This document shows, piece after piece, positions 26,110 to 39,630 of a stretch of 64,000 nt of DNA. The position numbers were made by a program, and so were the translations under genes. The notes under the pieces were generated by a model, which ran no database searches, was not told the DNA's origin, and worked only from the letters and a program-made list of their open reading frames with translations. Source of the stretch: Eledone cirrhosa (taxonomy: Eukaryota); assembly GCA_964016885.1 (NCBI GenBank), contig OZ024740.1, positions 156,426,001 through 156,490,000 on the forward strand, read 5' to 3'. Numbering within the stretch: the stretch's first letter is position 1; every line of letters begins with the position of its first letter.

Positions 26110-26983
26110 GGAGAGAGAGGGAGAGAGGGAGCGGGGGAGGGGGGATGTGGTAAATAAAAAACTGGCCCCATTCTCCTGTGCAACGATTGTTTTGGGCTTT
26201 GTTCAACAGACTCTAGGACGATGTCAAAACTTCATATGTACGCTTCTTGGGTCGTCAAGTGTGGGTATGACTGTCCTCAGATATTGTAGTGAGGTTCTGC
26301 ACTATCCCGTAGGTTTCAAATTTCTTCACCCAGTTTTGTATATTGGCTGAGAAGGGAGATTTGTCCGTTGAAATACGCATGAAATTGCTACTGGAACTGC
26401 TTGCACGAGACATCCTTATAGTAGTAATTACCACAGAAAATCCAGTGCTATGGCTCGCATAGGGTCTTGTTCTCCTCTCAGACCATGTTCTGAAATTTAA
26501 GATTGATCGGTTAGAAAATCAATACACTAGGATACAAAGCATGCGCCCTCACTCATTCATATAAATGTATAGTATATATTTATTTAATTAATACCAAAGA
26601 ATTAATGCATTTTCAACTAACACATAGGGTTTTTGAACTGCCACTCTATGACAACTCTATGCAACAAAATTGAAAACTTGGATGGAACCCAAATAGACTT
26701 TTCATTTCGTTTAGAGAGAGAGGGAGAGTGAGAGAGAGAGGGAGAGAGAAAGAGAGAGGGAGAGAGAGAGAGAGAAGCACATACACACTCGCATGGGCAC
26801 ACACACACGTGTATATATATATATATTGTTATACTTTGGGAGGGTCATGTTGCCAATAAGAAACACACGCAGCAGTTGTTTCACTTCAATATATTATAAT
26901 AAATTTATAAGTTTAGGAATTTATAAATTTATAAATTTCTGGTTGGTTGGTTGGTTCCACAACCAGATAATTGTTTATATATT

Positions 26984-27026
26984 GTCAAAGTTCTTTCGTC
27001 ACACATTCTGTGACCTCTTCAGTGAC
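26984..27026 (-). ncRNA. Minimal type I hammerhead at Neptune 3' end
   Basis: GTCA-CTGAAGA-G-GTCACA-GAATG-TGTGAC-GAAA-GAAC-TT-TGAC. Confidence 0.75.
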
Positions 27027-27227
27027 TGGGGATTCTTTTCTTTGTTTTTGTGCCTCTCCTTTGTTCTGTCCTACGCCATTTTGTTTCTGTGTGTGTGTTG
27101 TATGCTCAGTCTGCGCATGCGCCACATCCGGGTGTCTGTGTGTGTTTATATTCGTTTATTTATTTGTTTATTTACATGTTACCGGTTGGTTGTTTGTTCT
27201 ATGTGTGTGTGTGTTTTCATTTTGTCC

Positions 27228-30200
27228 TTAATTGTAAGTTGTGATGTTGCTGTTCCACTCATATTTTCTATTTAATTTTGGTTGTAATTCCTTTATGTTT
27301 ATTGCCTCTGTGATTTGTCTAAACGTTGCGTCTTTTCTGTGTGTAGATTCTATTTTTATTTCTATGTTCTCTAATTTACCCTTATGTTCTATTTTAGCAT
27401 GTTGGTAGAGTACAGATGATTCTTTACTATCTTGAAGGTCTCGCCAGTGTTCATTTATCCGTTCCCCTACACTACGAGCTGTCTCACCTATGTACACTAT
27501 ATTTTTGTCTCTACATTGTCCTTCAGTACATCTTATGCTATACACTACATTTCTAGTTTTACAGTTAATATGGGGGCTTATTTTACAGGTTATACATTTC
27601 TTATCTATACAGGGGGGGGGGGGGTCTTTGAAAAGGATATGTCTTGCTAATAAGTGTTTTTACGGAGGTACCTGGTCTTTCTACTATCTTAATATTGAGT
27701 TTATGTTTATCTAGGGCCCTTCTAAATTTATAAGCTAATTCACCTCTAGGGGTTGTATCGATGAACATTACACTCTGGTATTTATTGCTATCATACCATG
27801 AGTTTATTCTATTAGCCTTATTCCTAGTTCTTTCTATTCTATTCCAAAATTTGCTCCTAAACAAGGGGCAGGTCCCATTTGTGTCATTATTTACCATTTT
27901 TTCCCATTTGGTTCTGGCTCCTCTATACACTCTGATTTTATCTCTCTGATTGTAACCGGAGAACTGCATACGGTGGATGAAGTGTTGTATGTGTCTCTCT
28001 AGTTCTTCGGGGTTGCACATGCGGGACACGTTTCTCATCACTCGTACCAAATCCGCAATCACTATGTTGATTTTGGTATGGTCCGAAACAGCTGAGTTTC
28101 GGTGGATCAGATATTTGGAAGTCATGGGTTTGGCATAATGGGAATGGACGATTTGTTTTTTGTTATTAATGGTATCTAACCAGAGCTCTGTATCTAGTAC
28201 AGGTAATCGATGGTTGGGGTGTTTACTTGGGTAGTCTATAGTAACTCTAATACTCTGGTGGATGGAGTTGGCTATTTGCTGGATGCTTTCCATTGTGTTT
28301 TTCTCTAATTCCTGACTGTTCTCTAGTGGGGGTCTTTTAACAACGATGTTTATATCATCAACGTAGCGGGAGGACATTATCAGGGTTAAGGGGTCTTCTA
28401 ATTGTTCTTTAAGTTTAAGTTTAAGTCTACTGTCCCACCATACCATGAATAAGTTAGCTATGTCGCCTGCAATGCTAACACCAATGGCTGCTCCTTCCTC
28501 TTGGGCATATGTTTTTCCATTAAATTTGAACATATGTTCCTTAAGGGTTAATTTTATGCTGGCCCCCACCGCATGTGCAATCATTTTCTTCAGTTCATCG
28601 TGGTTTTCGGGTGTCCGTATGGCTCTGGTCCACCCGTTCCATCTATCTGTGTGGGTTTTCTTGGCCATTGAGGTGATGGTAGGTGGTCTGCCTCTTGCTG
28701 GTCTTGTAGGGCACAGGTTGCTAAGGTCATATGTGTCTAGGTAATTATTACTATAGGTAAGTTTAAGTAGGAGTCCAAGCTCACTGGTATCAATCCCACG
28801 GAACTCAACATTGCTCTCACTGATCATTTCTACGCATTTCTCCACAGCAAAATCCACGTCAATAGATGGATACAGGGACACAACATCCATACTACCTATT
28901 ATGCAGTTTGTTAGGTCCCTAGATCGGTTACTCTCGCCGATTCTGCTGAAGAGGTCCTCCGTGCTGTCACATACATCTGGGGACATTTCAATGATGGGGC
29001 GTATGATCAGGGAGAGGAAGTAGGACAGTCTATAGTTACTAGCAATGTTAGCTCCACAGACTGGCCATGTTGGTGGTCCCGTGACAGGGTCACTGCCCGT
29101 TTTATGGTCTTTTCGAAGCCCATACAACGCCGGCACGTCATTGTTCCAGGCCTGGAAGTTGTTGGCAGTCCTTTTGTTGGGCTGCATTATATTCGTATAC
29201 ATCACCATATGGGCATTGAGGGCTTTTTCTCTATCCTCATACCCTTGTGGTGTTACTTCTCTTGTGTTAGTGATGTGGGGTTGCATTGCCTGGATGTAGT
29301 TTGGCAGGCTGTCAACCGACATTCTGCCAGATTTGTCTGTTGGAAAGCATGCTATCTCTCCATTACGCGAGCGCTGCATGAGCTTACGCAAGCCATTTGT
29401 AGATTTTTCTCCCAGTTTCTGGGCCTCCATTCTATTATGCTTCTTGCTATACTGTTCTATAATATTTCTAAGTTCGGATCTAGCTATACTAAATTGTGCT
29501 TCTGTTTGTTCATCGACCTGCGACGGCAATTGTGTGCGTTTGTTAAATGGTAAAGTCGTGGCGTGGGCTCGTCGCAGGTCGAACGACTTATCGGAGGGAT
29601 TATAAAAAGTAGAGTTCCAGGCTGATGCTTTATGTGTACTAGTGCTATTGTTATTGTTAGTTGTGTTGTTTCTATTTCTATTTCCACCAACAGCCTCATG
29701 GTTGTTTCTATGTCTCTCATTATTACTCCTGTCTCTTTCCACTGGCTCATTGTTATTATCTACTCTATTTTGTGTGTCTGTGTGTTCGTCTTGGTTATTT
29801 TCTTTGTCCATAGTCTCCCTTCTCCTTTTAATCCTATTACCTTCCCTTATTTCTGTGCTACTGTCATTACTTGTTTTCTGTGTCTGTGTGTTTGTTAAGA
29901 TTGTGGTGGTAGTGAGAGGCATTGAATGTGTGTGTGTTGTTGTTGTTGTTGTTGATGTGTGCTGTTGTTGATGTGTGTTGTTGTTGTCTCCGTGTGTGTT
30001 ATTATTGTTGTGTGTGTTGTTATTGTTGTTTGTGTCTGCGTGTCTGTTGTTGTTGTTTCTGAGTATGTTATTATTGTTGATGTGTGTGTTGTTGTTATTG
30101 TTGTTTGTGTCTGTTGTTGTTGGGATGTGTGTTGTATATGTGTGTGCGTATGTTGTTACTTTTGTTTTTGTTTTTGTTTTTGAGGCTCCAACGTAATTTT

Positions 30201-30612
30201 GTAAATGATTTTCCTATTTCTGACAAACAACTAATCATATTTACCTTCTTGAATGTCGCATATTTAGGCGGTAGTTGTAATACAGATAATTCACCAGGAT
30301 CTACTGCAGTGTTGCCGTATATATTTTTGTTGTTGTTGAACTCATCTGTTAATGAGATGTCGGCCATATTTATACCGTCAATTTTGTCGGGATATCTATT
30401 GGTATTCTCTACAGTATCCTGATTTTGATTTATCTGCTTAAGCCACTTTAGTTTCTTGTTAAAGTGCTTATCACATTCTTGAGCAATGTACTGTTCTTCA
30501 GGACGTATAAGGCTTATAAATATTAGTTTTTCTCTTGGTGTGGTGATCTTAGTTATTTCTCGTATTAGGTTACACTTATGTTTTTCTTGATGACTTAATT
30601 CTCTATAGATCT
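27228..30612 (-). pseudogene. Neptune-like RT/GIY-YIG polyprotein with frameshifts (G-run 27612-27624; low-complexity region ~29920-30180)
   Basis: ORF-track pieces 30095-30652, 27601-29922 and 27228-27545. Confidence 0.85.
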
Positions 30613-32856
30613 TCACGGGACCACCAACACGGCCAGTCTGTGGAGCTAACATTGCTAGTAACTACTGACTATCCTACTTCCTCTCCCTGATCATACGCCC
30701 CATCATTGAAATGTCCCCAGATGTATGTGACAGCACGGAGGACCTCCTCAGCAGAATCGGCGAGAGTAACCGATCTAGGGACCTAACAAACTGCATAATA
30801 GGTAGTATAGATGTTGTGTCCCTGTATCCATCTATTGACGTGGATTTTGCTGTGGAGAAATGTGTAGAAATGATCAGTGAGAGCAATGTTGAGTTCCGTG
30901 GGATTGATACCAGTGAGCTGGGACTCCTACTTAAATTTACCTATAGTAATAATTACCTAGACACATATGACCTTAGCAATCTGTGCCCTACAAGACCAGC
31001 AAGAGGCAGACCACCTACCATCACCTCAATGGCCAAGAAAACCCACACAGATAGATGGAACGGGTGGACCAGAGCCATACGGACACCCGAAAACCACGAT
31101 GAACTGAAGAAAATGATTGCACATGCGGTGGGGGCCAGCATAAAATTAACCCTTAAGGAACATATGTTCAAATTTAATGGAAAAACATATGCCCAAGAGG
31201 AAGGAGCAGCCATTGGTGTTAGCATTGCAGGCGACATAGCTAACTTATTCATGGTATGGTGGGACAGTAGACTTAAACTTAAACTTAAAGAACAATTAGA
31301 AGACCCCTTAACCCTGATAATGTACCCCCGCTACGTTGATGATATAAACATCGTAGTTAAAACACCCCCACTAGAGAACAGTCAGGAATTAGAGAAAAAC
31401 ACAATGGAAAGCATCCAGCAAATAGCTAACTCCATCCACCAGAGTATTAGAGTTACTATAGACTACCCAAGTAAACACCCCAACCATCGATTACCTGTAC
31501 TAGACACAGAGCTCTGATTAGATACCATTAATAACAAAAAACAAATCGTCCATTCCCATTATGCCAAACCCATGACTTCCAAATATCTGATCCACCGAAA
31601 CTCAGCTGTTTCGGACCATACCAAAATCAACATAGTGATTGCGGATTTGGTACGGGTGATGAGAAACGTGTCCCGCATGTGCAACCCCGAAGAACTAGAG
31701 AGACACATACAACACTTCATCCACCGTATGCAGTTCTCTGGTTACAATCAGAGAGATAAAATCAGAGTGTATAGAGGAGCCAGAACCAAATGGGAAAAAA
31801 TGGTAAATAATGACACAAATGGCATCTGCCACTTGTATAGGAGCAAATTTTGGAATAGAATAGAAAGAACTAGGAATAAGGCTAATAGAATAAACTCATG
31901 GTATGATAGCAATAAATACCAGAGTGTAATGTTCATCGATACAACCCCTAGAGGTGAATTAGCTTACAAATTTAGAAGGGCCCTAGATAAACATAAACTC
32001 AATATTAAGATAGTAGAAAGACCAGGTACCTCCGTAAAAACACTTATTAGCAAGACATACCCTTTTCAAAGACCCCCTGTATAGATAAGAAATGTATAAC
32101 CTGTAAATTAAGCCCCCATATTAACTGTAAAACTAGAAATGTAGTATATAGCGTAAGATGTACTGAAGGACAATGTAGAGACAAAAATATAGTGTACATA
32201 GGTGAGACAGCTCGTAGTGTAGGGGAACGGATGAATGAACACTGGCGAGACCTTCAAGATAGTAAAGAATCATCTGTACTCTACCAACATGCTAAAATAG
32301 AACATAAGGGTAAATTAGAGAACATAGAAATAAAAATAGAATCTACACACAGAAAAGACGCAATGTTTAGACAAATCACAGAGGCAATAAACATAAAAGA
32401 ATTACAACCAAAATTAAATAGAAAATATGAGTGGAACAGCGACATCACAACTTACAATTAAGGACAAAATGAAAACACACACGCACATAGAACAAACAAC
32501 CAACCTATAATATGTAAATAAACAAATAAATAAACAAATATAAACACACACAGACACCCGGATGTGGCGCATTCGCAGACTGAGCACACAACACCCACAC
32601 AGAAACAAAATGGCGTAGGGCAGAACAAAGGAGAGGCACACAAACAAAGAAAAGAATCCCCAGTCACTGAAGAGGTCACATAATGTGTGACGAAAGAACT
32701 TTGACAATATATAAACAACCATCTGGTTGTGGAACCAACTAACCAACCGGAAATATATAAATTCCTAAATTTATAAATTTATTATAATAAATTGAAGTGA
32801 AAGCAACTGGTGCGTGTGTTTCTTATTGGCAACATGACCCTCCCAAAGTATAACAA
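30613..32856 (+). mobile_element. Inverted, 5'-truncated second arm of the same Neptune-like PLE
   Basis: Reverse complement of 26826-29084 with scattered substitutions. ORFs 30711-31517, 31572-32084 and 32192-32461 are split by stops. Confidence 0.92.
32663..32705 (+). ncRNA. Minimal type I hammerhead at Neptune 3' end (mirror of 26984-27026)
   Basis: GTCA-CTGAAGA-G-GTCACA-TAATG-TGTGAC-GAAA-GAAC-TT-TGAC. Confidence 0.75.
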
Positions 32857-32914
32857 ATATCGGTTTCAACACACGTTTTCAGATAAAGAATCTTGCTAAA
32901 CAAATTCAGAAACG

Positions 32915-32976
<62 letters not shown>

Positions 32977-33538
32977 GAAAATAGAAATACGTTAAGATGT
33001 AAAATATTTAACGTAAGATATTGGAAATAATTCAAACTCAATCAAAAAAAGTCAAGATAAAAATTTTATCCACAGATTTTGTGAAATCCAGGGAAAAAAC
33101 CAATAGAGTCTTAACTCAGAATAAAATTAAGGTTAAATACTTATCCTTCAATTTGGAAAGACTACAAATGCTCTGTATAGTCTTAAAAAGACTATCTCAC
33201 GAAACTTTTCAGTGGGGTTAGTGACAGTTGGAGTCGTGCATCAGTAGAGCTCAAACACGGTAACCAAAGCCCATGCTAAAATATGCCAGAATGGGAATTT
33301 AAAAGCAGGCTAGTACACCTCATGTAGAATTATGAAAATAAACACACATGGAGAACGGGGTTAATGACGTTAGAATGAGACGAATGTCTGTTTACAAGAA
33401 ACAGCAGTCAAAACATTCCGAGAAAAAACTAAAAAAAAAGGTATGGAGTTCAGCATATAGCAATATTATCGCGGTTTTTAAAAAAAAAGACCGGGATTAG
33501 TCACAAATAATTTTAAGCACTCTAGGAAAAATTCCGAG

Positions 33539-33569
<31 letters not shown>

Positions 33570-34056
33570 CATATGTAAAATGAATATATATTTTTTTACA
33601 TCAAACATAAAGAAGCAGAAGACCAATAAAGAAATCAATTTTTGCATATTTATAATTTAAGCAATCGAGATTGTTACGACTGAAATGCCTTGGGCCATAG
33701 ATCTGTTTGATCAAGGTTACACAGAACTAAACTATAAGACAGAATATTTATCTTAATTGTTATTTGTTACCCCTGATAGAATCAACGCAATCTGTAGGGT
33801 CTGTTAAACAAGGAGATAAATTAGGTTTATCATCCACATAGACAATGACGGAATTTAAAGACGAAACACGAAGTACCAGAATAGATACTGCAAAACATCT
33901 CGTTCTATGCTCTAACAATTCCGCCAACCCACCTCCCATTGATTTTCATTCTAGCTTCCCCGATAGGATGAAAGGTAAAAGTTAACGTTGGCGGGTTTTT
34001 CATTAAAAGCGCATTGAACTTGAACAAATACAGCAAGACATTGTGACCTATGCTCT

Positions 34057-35480
34057 TTCACCGTAAAAGAGGAAATAAATAAAATAAATAAAAAATAAAT
34101 ATAAATGAACGAAATAAAAGTTATGTAATTGTCATTGCCTCTTTCTCATTGAAACTTAACACTTTCTACTTTAATCTAACGAAAGCAGCCGTGTTAATAA
34201 AGTTAATTTATTAAATCTTTTGTAGTTAAGTAAGTCGAATCAAAAAGCATATGCAATATGACAGGCGTATTAAATATGTAATGAAGAAAATTGGTTTTAT
34301 AGTTGTATAATAGTAAAAAAGAAAGTGGCGACTGATGTGAAGACAATAAATTACTGCGTAGAAGCATTTGTATTTATTAGTTAGTATTTTATGGTTTCTG
34401 TGTGGGCAAATCATAACCAAATAATTAATTTTACCTCACAATTTCGCGAACATTACAGAATATGACAGGCTCTTGGCGAAGGGCGTATGGTACAACAGCC
34501 AAAGCGTAGTGATCATAACAGCCAGGTCAATTATATGAGGTAGAATAAATCTGTGTACAACTATTGTTGTTTAGTTGCAAGTCAGCCTTGATCAAGTAGA
34601 TCTATGATCAAAATATGCCTACCAAGATTACCACACCCTTTTTTATATTTAAACGAAATTGTGCAACGTGACCTTGCGTTTATCTAAGGTGGTAGGATGT
34701 TATTTGAGGGAAAATCGACTGTTATTTCCAGCAGGTTGAGATAACACGTGGAAAATCTTTCATTAGCTTAAAAAGTTTTTGTTCGTTTATTTTTTTACCC
34801 TTTTAGTCAGAAAAGATTGTGCAATACCTAGAATCTTATTCAGCGACTATTTGGAAGAAGGGAAGCATCCCTAATCAAGAGATCTACTCCGAATATTTGC
34901 AATAGACTAGCTTCCATTAAAGGCACATAAGAACCAGGTTTTGGTGTTAAATAAGGTGATGAGCTACGTCTACCACGACATTACGAAATAGCGTGATTTG
35001 ACGACAGAATGTGAAAAACCAGAACAGATAGCGTAAAACATCTCATTCAGTGCTCTAACCACTCTCTCAATCCATCGCCTAGGACAGGTACCTTATTCTA
35101 TCGACAGAATGAAAGGCAACATTGAACTCGGCATGATTTGCACAAGACGCAGGAAGCCGGAACACCACAAAGGTGTTTGTTCTAAGTTCTAGCGCCATTT
35201 CACCGTAAAAGATGAGGAAAGAATAAAAAACAAAAAATCAACATAAATGAACGAAATAAAAGTTCCGTAATTATTATTGCCTGTTTCTCATTGAAACCTA
35301 ATACTTTCTGCTGTGTAAGTGTAATTAATTAAGTCAAACCAAGCAGCTTGTACATGCAATACGATAAGCGTGTTAAATATGCAATGAAGTAAATACGTTT
35401 TATAGTTACATAAAAGCAAAAAAACCGAGTGGTGACGGAGGTAAAGACAATAAACTACTGGATATAAATATTTCAATTAT
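34057..35480 (+). repeat. Diverged direct repeat (~34057-34375 vs ~35198-35475), each preceded by a decayed SINE
   Basis: Shared TTTCACCGTAAAAGA...ATAAATGAACGAAATAAAAGTT...TTTCTCATTGAAAC...AAGACAATAAA. Confidence 0.7.
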
Positions 35481-35499
35481 TTAATTTATATTGGATCGT

Positions 35500-36370
35500 C
35501 AAGTATGAAATTTGGAGAAATTTCTTTTTTTTTCTACAAATTTCTACAAATTTCATACAACCCAATAGTTTCTGTGTTAAAGCGGAAATGAATAAGGAAA
35601 ATATTCACCACGCATTCATGAAGTTTCATGTTCGATTCAACATGGGCACGAGTCTTTTACACTAGAAATTTAAAGGAAATTATAAAAATAAATAAACATA
35701 ATTTAAAAAATAAATAAAATTGAAATAGAAAATCACCCCCCAAAAATTAAAGCAAAATTTATATGAATTTGGGAAAAATTGACAAAATGCTTGAGTAAAT
35801 GTTTGGAAAGTTTTTTGACAAATTTAATAGGAAATAAAAAAGTAATTTAAAAACAAATTAGAAAACTTTTGATGAAATATTTTGTGGAAACTTCATAATG
35901 AAATTCATAATGAAACTTTTTGAAAATGTTTCATGAAATTTTTGAGAAGACTTTTGGTGAACATTTTGTATGAATTTTGAATGAATTTTGGAAAATGTTT
36001 TCATGAAAGTTTCGATAATATTTTCTGGGGAAATTTTCGATGGACGCTTTGGGAAAATTTTTGATGAAAATTGTCAATGGAATTTTTGGGACAAATTTTG
36101 ATTACATTTTTAAGGAAAACTTTGATTAAATCTTTGATGAATTTTTATGAAATTTTTGAAATACCCTGGAAAAAGGTTTGTGAAATGTGTCGGAAATTGT
36201 GAGGAAAAACGTTCATGAATTTAAGGAAATATTTTGAAAAATGTTTTATAAAATATTTGTGAAAATTTTGATGAAACAGAAGAATTTTTTTAGGAATTTG
36301 TTAGGAAATTTTTTTATTTTTTTTTTTATTAAAGTTTGATAAAAATGTTAATCAAATGTATTTGGAAATT
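35500..36370. repeat. Degenerate A/T-tract minisatellite-like region
   Basis: Recurrent TTTT(T)GATGAAA / GGAAAATTTT-type motifs with very low C content on plus. Confidence 0.6.
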
Positions 36371-38403
36371 TTGTATATATACTTTAGTTTACGTAATACA
36401 ATCAAGTGACATCTAATAACTAATAACCACCAAGAGGACTCCACGGACATGGAAAACCGGGTGAAAACATTCTACCTAATAATTTCGAAATTCTGAGAAA
36501 TTTGACAAAGGGTGGATGGTACAGCAACCAAAATATGATGATTATAACAATCAGGGCGAGGATATTAGCCTCAACAAATCAGCCTATAACTGTTGTTGTT
36601 TAGTCACGAGCCTTGATCAAGTAGATCCATGATAAACTTGATTACGTTATGTAGCGAGTCCTTGACATTTCTTAGGACAGTAAAATTTCATTTGAAGACA
36701 ATTTAACTGCTATTTTCAGTTCATCAAACGACCACAATTGCTAAGATAATTACTGGCCTTTTATAGTTTCAGCTCAATTCAATCGACTAAAGTCCACTTC
36801 GAGAAATAACGGTTGCTGCTTTAGTTATTTTTTTTTGTGTAGTCCCAGGGATATAATTAAAGGTGTTTCAATCCTGATTATTCTGTATCCTATTCAAGTT
36901 GGACCACAAAGACAACGTCATCCTTTTCTGTTTAACGAGGATATAGTCTCTTTTCAGATGGATTTACCTTCTATTTTTAATTAACTGAGCAACCGCATGG
37001 AGTCTCACTATTTAGCTAGTAATGAAATTTATTTTCTGCTTTAAATAATAAATTAATACAAGCGAGAAAATTGGAAAGACGGAGAAAGGCTAATAAGAGA
37101 GATAAAGAAGCACACCTAAAGAGCGAGAGAGAGAGAGAGAAGAGTGGACAGGCGAAAATGAGGTGTTGAGATAGAGAAGACAGAGAGAAAGAAACAGAAA
37201 TAAAGAGTTAGAAAGAGACATAGGGGAACCCGAAAATATAAAGTATAAAGAGAGAGAATAGAAGAGAGAGAGAGAGAGGAGAGAAAGAGAGAGGAGAGAT
37301 GAGAGAGAGAGGAACAGGGAGAACAGAACGAAAATGAGAGAATCACATTGGGTATCTAGAAAATATTTAGACACCCAGCACGATTCTTTTACTCTCACTA
37401 TTTTCTCCTCTCATCTTTATGTTTTTTTCTCTCTGTATGTATATATGTCTCTCTCTCTGTCCCTCTCTTTCTCTCGCTTTCTTTGTTTTTTCTTTCTCTA
37501 TTTCATTAAGTGACATATTAAGAGTCAGAGACAAATGAAAAGGTGTGATAGAAAAAATGTAGTAAGAAAAGAACTCGTGATTTATGAAATAATTAGCCCA
37601 TTAAATTGTCCACCTTCAGCCATTTTGATTCTAAGTGTAAACATCACAGGTCATTTATGATAAATAATCTGTTGTTGAATAGCACTTTCAAGAAGGGAAG
37701 GACACATTCAACAATGTAGTCCTAGATACACAAAAATATGGAATGATCAATGTTGAAATGTTTTTGAATATACATTTGCTTGATCAAGCTGACGTGGGTT
37801 AAACAATAAAAACAAAGAAGGATATATTAGATACGCTATTTCTGAAAAATAAAGAGAAGACAGGATAATCACAGTTGGAACGTTTGATTATAGAGAAGCA
37901 GGGTCGATTTAAAGAAAGAGAATCAGTTACATAAACGAGAGAGAAAAACAGAAGGAAAAAGAGTGAGAGACAGAGAGAAAGAAAGAGAGAAAGAGAGAGA
38001 AGCATAAAAACTGTAAATATGAGAGTCAAAAAGATAGAAAGTAAATATTCCATTCCATTCCATTCACTTCACAGAAATAAATGGTTACATAAAGTAAGGC
38101 AAGTAAATAATATACATTCTCGGCATTTATTACAGTATTGATTTTTTATTTTAATTTGGAAATAGTTAAATAGTTTCTAGTCAACAACTAGCTCTTCATA
38201 TAAAAAAACTCCAAAGTCACTGTCACTTTGCCATTTCGAAAATGTATTTCTACACCCCACCTACTAGTACTGAGTGCTCAATCAGTTAATGGTTGAATCT
38301 TATCTTTTAAATACGATATTTTAAAGACATATTATAGCACACACACACACGCACACACTTATTTATATATATATTGAAAGAGTGTAGAATAACATGGTCA
38401 ACA

Positions 38404-38466
<63 letters not shown>

Positions 38467-38840
38467 AAAAAAGGAAAAGAATGACTTCACTTGTAGTTCT
38501 AACCAATTTAATTTTATATTATTACAATTTTACAATTTTGTTTTGTAGATCTAGTAAGTTGTTTGTTAACTTCGGTGGAGAGAATTTTTTAAAAGATTCA
38601 TGGAGACCTTGCGGCATTCCTTTTTATCGTCGTAATTGACTGTTCTAAAACATACAAACTCCAACGTCAGAAGTTGTTGGAGTAGATCATCTCAGCAACA
38701 TACAAGAGACTGCCGCCCATGCTGGCCTTAAAATTAATGTAGAGAAAATGAAGACGATGCATACATATTACACTAGTACTCCCCCCCCCCTCCCCCGGTC
38801 TAGAAAATATGGAAATCGTACAGATTGCTTCATCTCTAGA

Positions 38841-38881
<41 letters not shown>

Positions 38882-38886
<5 letters not shown>

Positions 38887-39352
38887 CAAAGAAGGTGTGG
38901 TAAGACACCAGGTGGGCCATAACGCACCAGAGTACTCGATACTTAAGGTAGTAGAGGGGGTAATATGAAAGAGTCAGGACCCCGACGGCTGAGCTCCGGC
39001 CGTTTCGACGGCTAGATCCGAACTAAGCCAGCAGTATTAGAACTTATCAAGGGGTACAGTCCATATATGGGCATGCAGTCAAAACAAAAAAAAAGCAGAG
39101 ATATCAAAGCAAAACATCCTAAAAAATGTAACCATGTACATGACATCCCAGGTCATTGACCACTCTCCGTGGCAGACAAGAAAAACAACAAATTTTAAAG
39201 ATTTTTGCTTTGATATCTCTGCTTTTTTTGTTTTGACTGCATCCCCATATATGGACTGTACCCCTTTATAAGTTCAGCTAGATTCAAACCGTTCTAATAC
39301 TGCTGGCTTAGTTCGGATCTAGCTGTCGAAACGGCCGGGGTCCTGACTCTTT

Positions 39353-39353
<1 letters not shown>
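38882..39353. mobile_element. PLE-type 3'-end element with internal inversion (38967-39125 vs 39192-39353) and hammerhead; relatives at 39995-40190 and ~46520-46630
   Basis: Inverted repeat read directly. Shared tail ...GTGTGGTAAG...CCATAACGCACCAGAGTACTC. Flanked by (TA)n on both sides. Confidence 0.7.
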
Positions 39354-39432
<79 letters not shown>

Positions 39433-39575
39433 AGTATATGTTGGTTGTATACCACCACCCCAGTATGCAGATTGGAGCACTCGACGAAGTGCGCAGGTTG
39501 GTTTGGTTACTCCGGAGTAATGTAAAATAAAATAAAATAAATAAGTCAAATGTTTAAAATTTAGCTCTGTTTATT

Positions 39576-39630
39576 ACTGCTATATATATTTCGGTGACAG
39601 CCATCTTTGGCTGTGACCTCTTGAGGCAGT
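39576..39630 (-). ncRNA. Hammerhead remnant with core mutation (CTCAAGA)
   Basis: ACTGC-CTCAAGA-GGT-C-ACAGCCA-AAGA-TGGCTGT-C-ACC-GAAA-TATATA-TA-GCAGT. G5 is changed to C, so it is probably inactive. Confidence 0.7.

Larger units (their letters stand above)
26826..30612 (-). mobile_element. Neptune-like PLE, longer arm
   Basis: 773-aa RT ORF (PTDKSG, DVVSLYPSI, GAAIG, RYVDDI, LPVLD), C-x4-C-x2-C-x7-C linker, GIY-YIG (VVY...YIGET), 3' UTR with hammerhead. Confidence 0.92.

Noticed and set aside
30613-30652. Apparent N-terminus MLAPQTGRVGGPV of ORF 30095-30652
   Set aside because: It is antisense sequence of the inverted arm read across the junction. The real 5' end is truncated.
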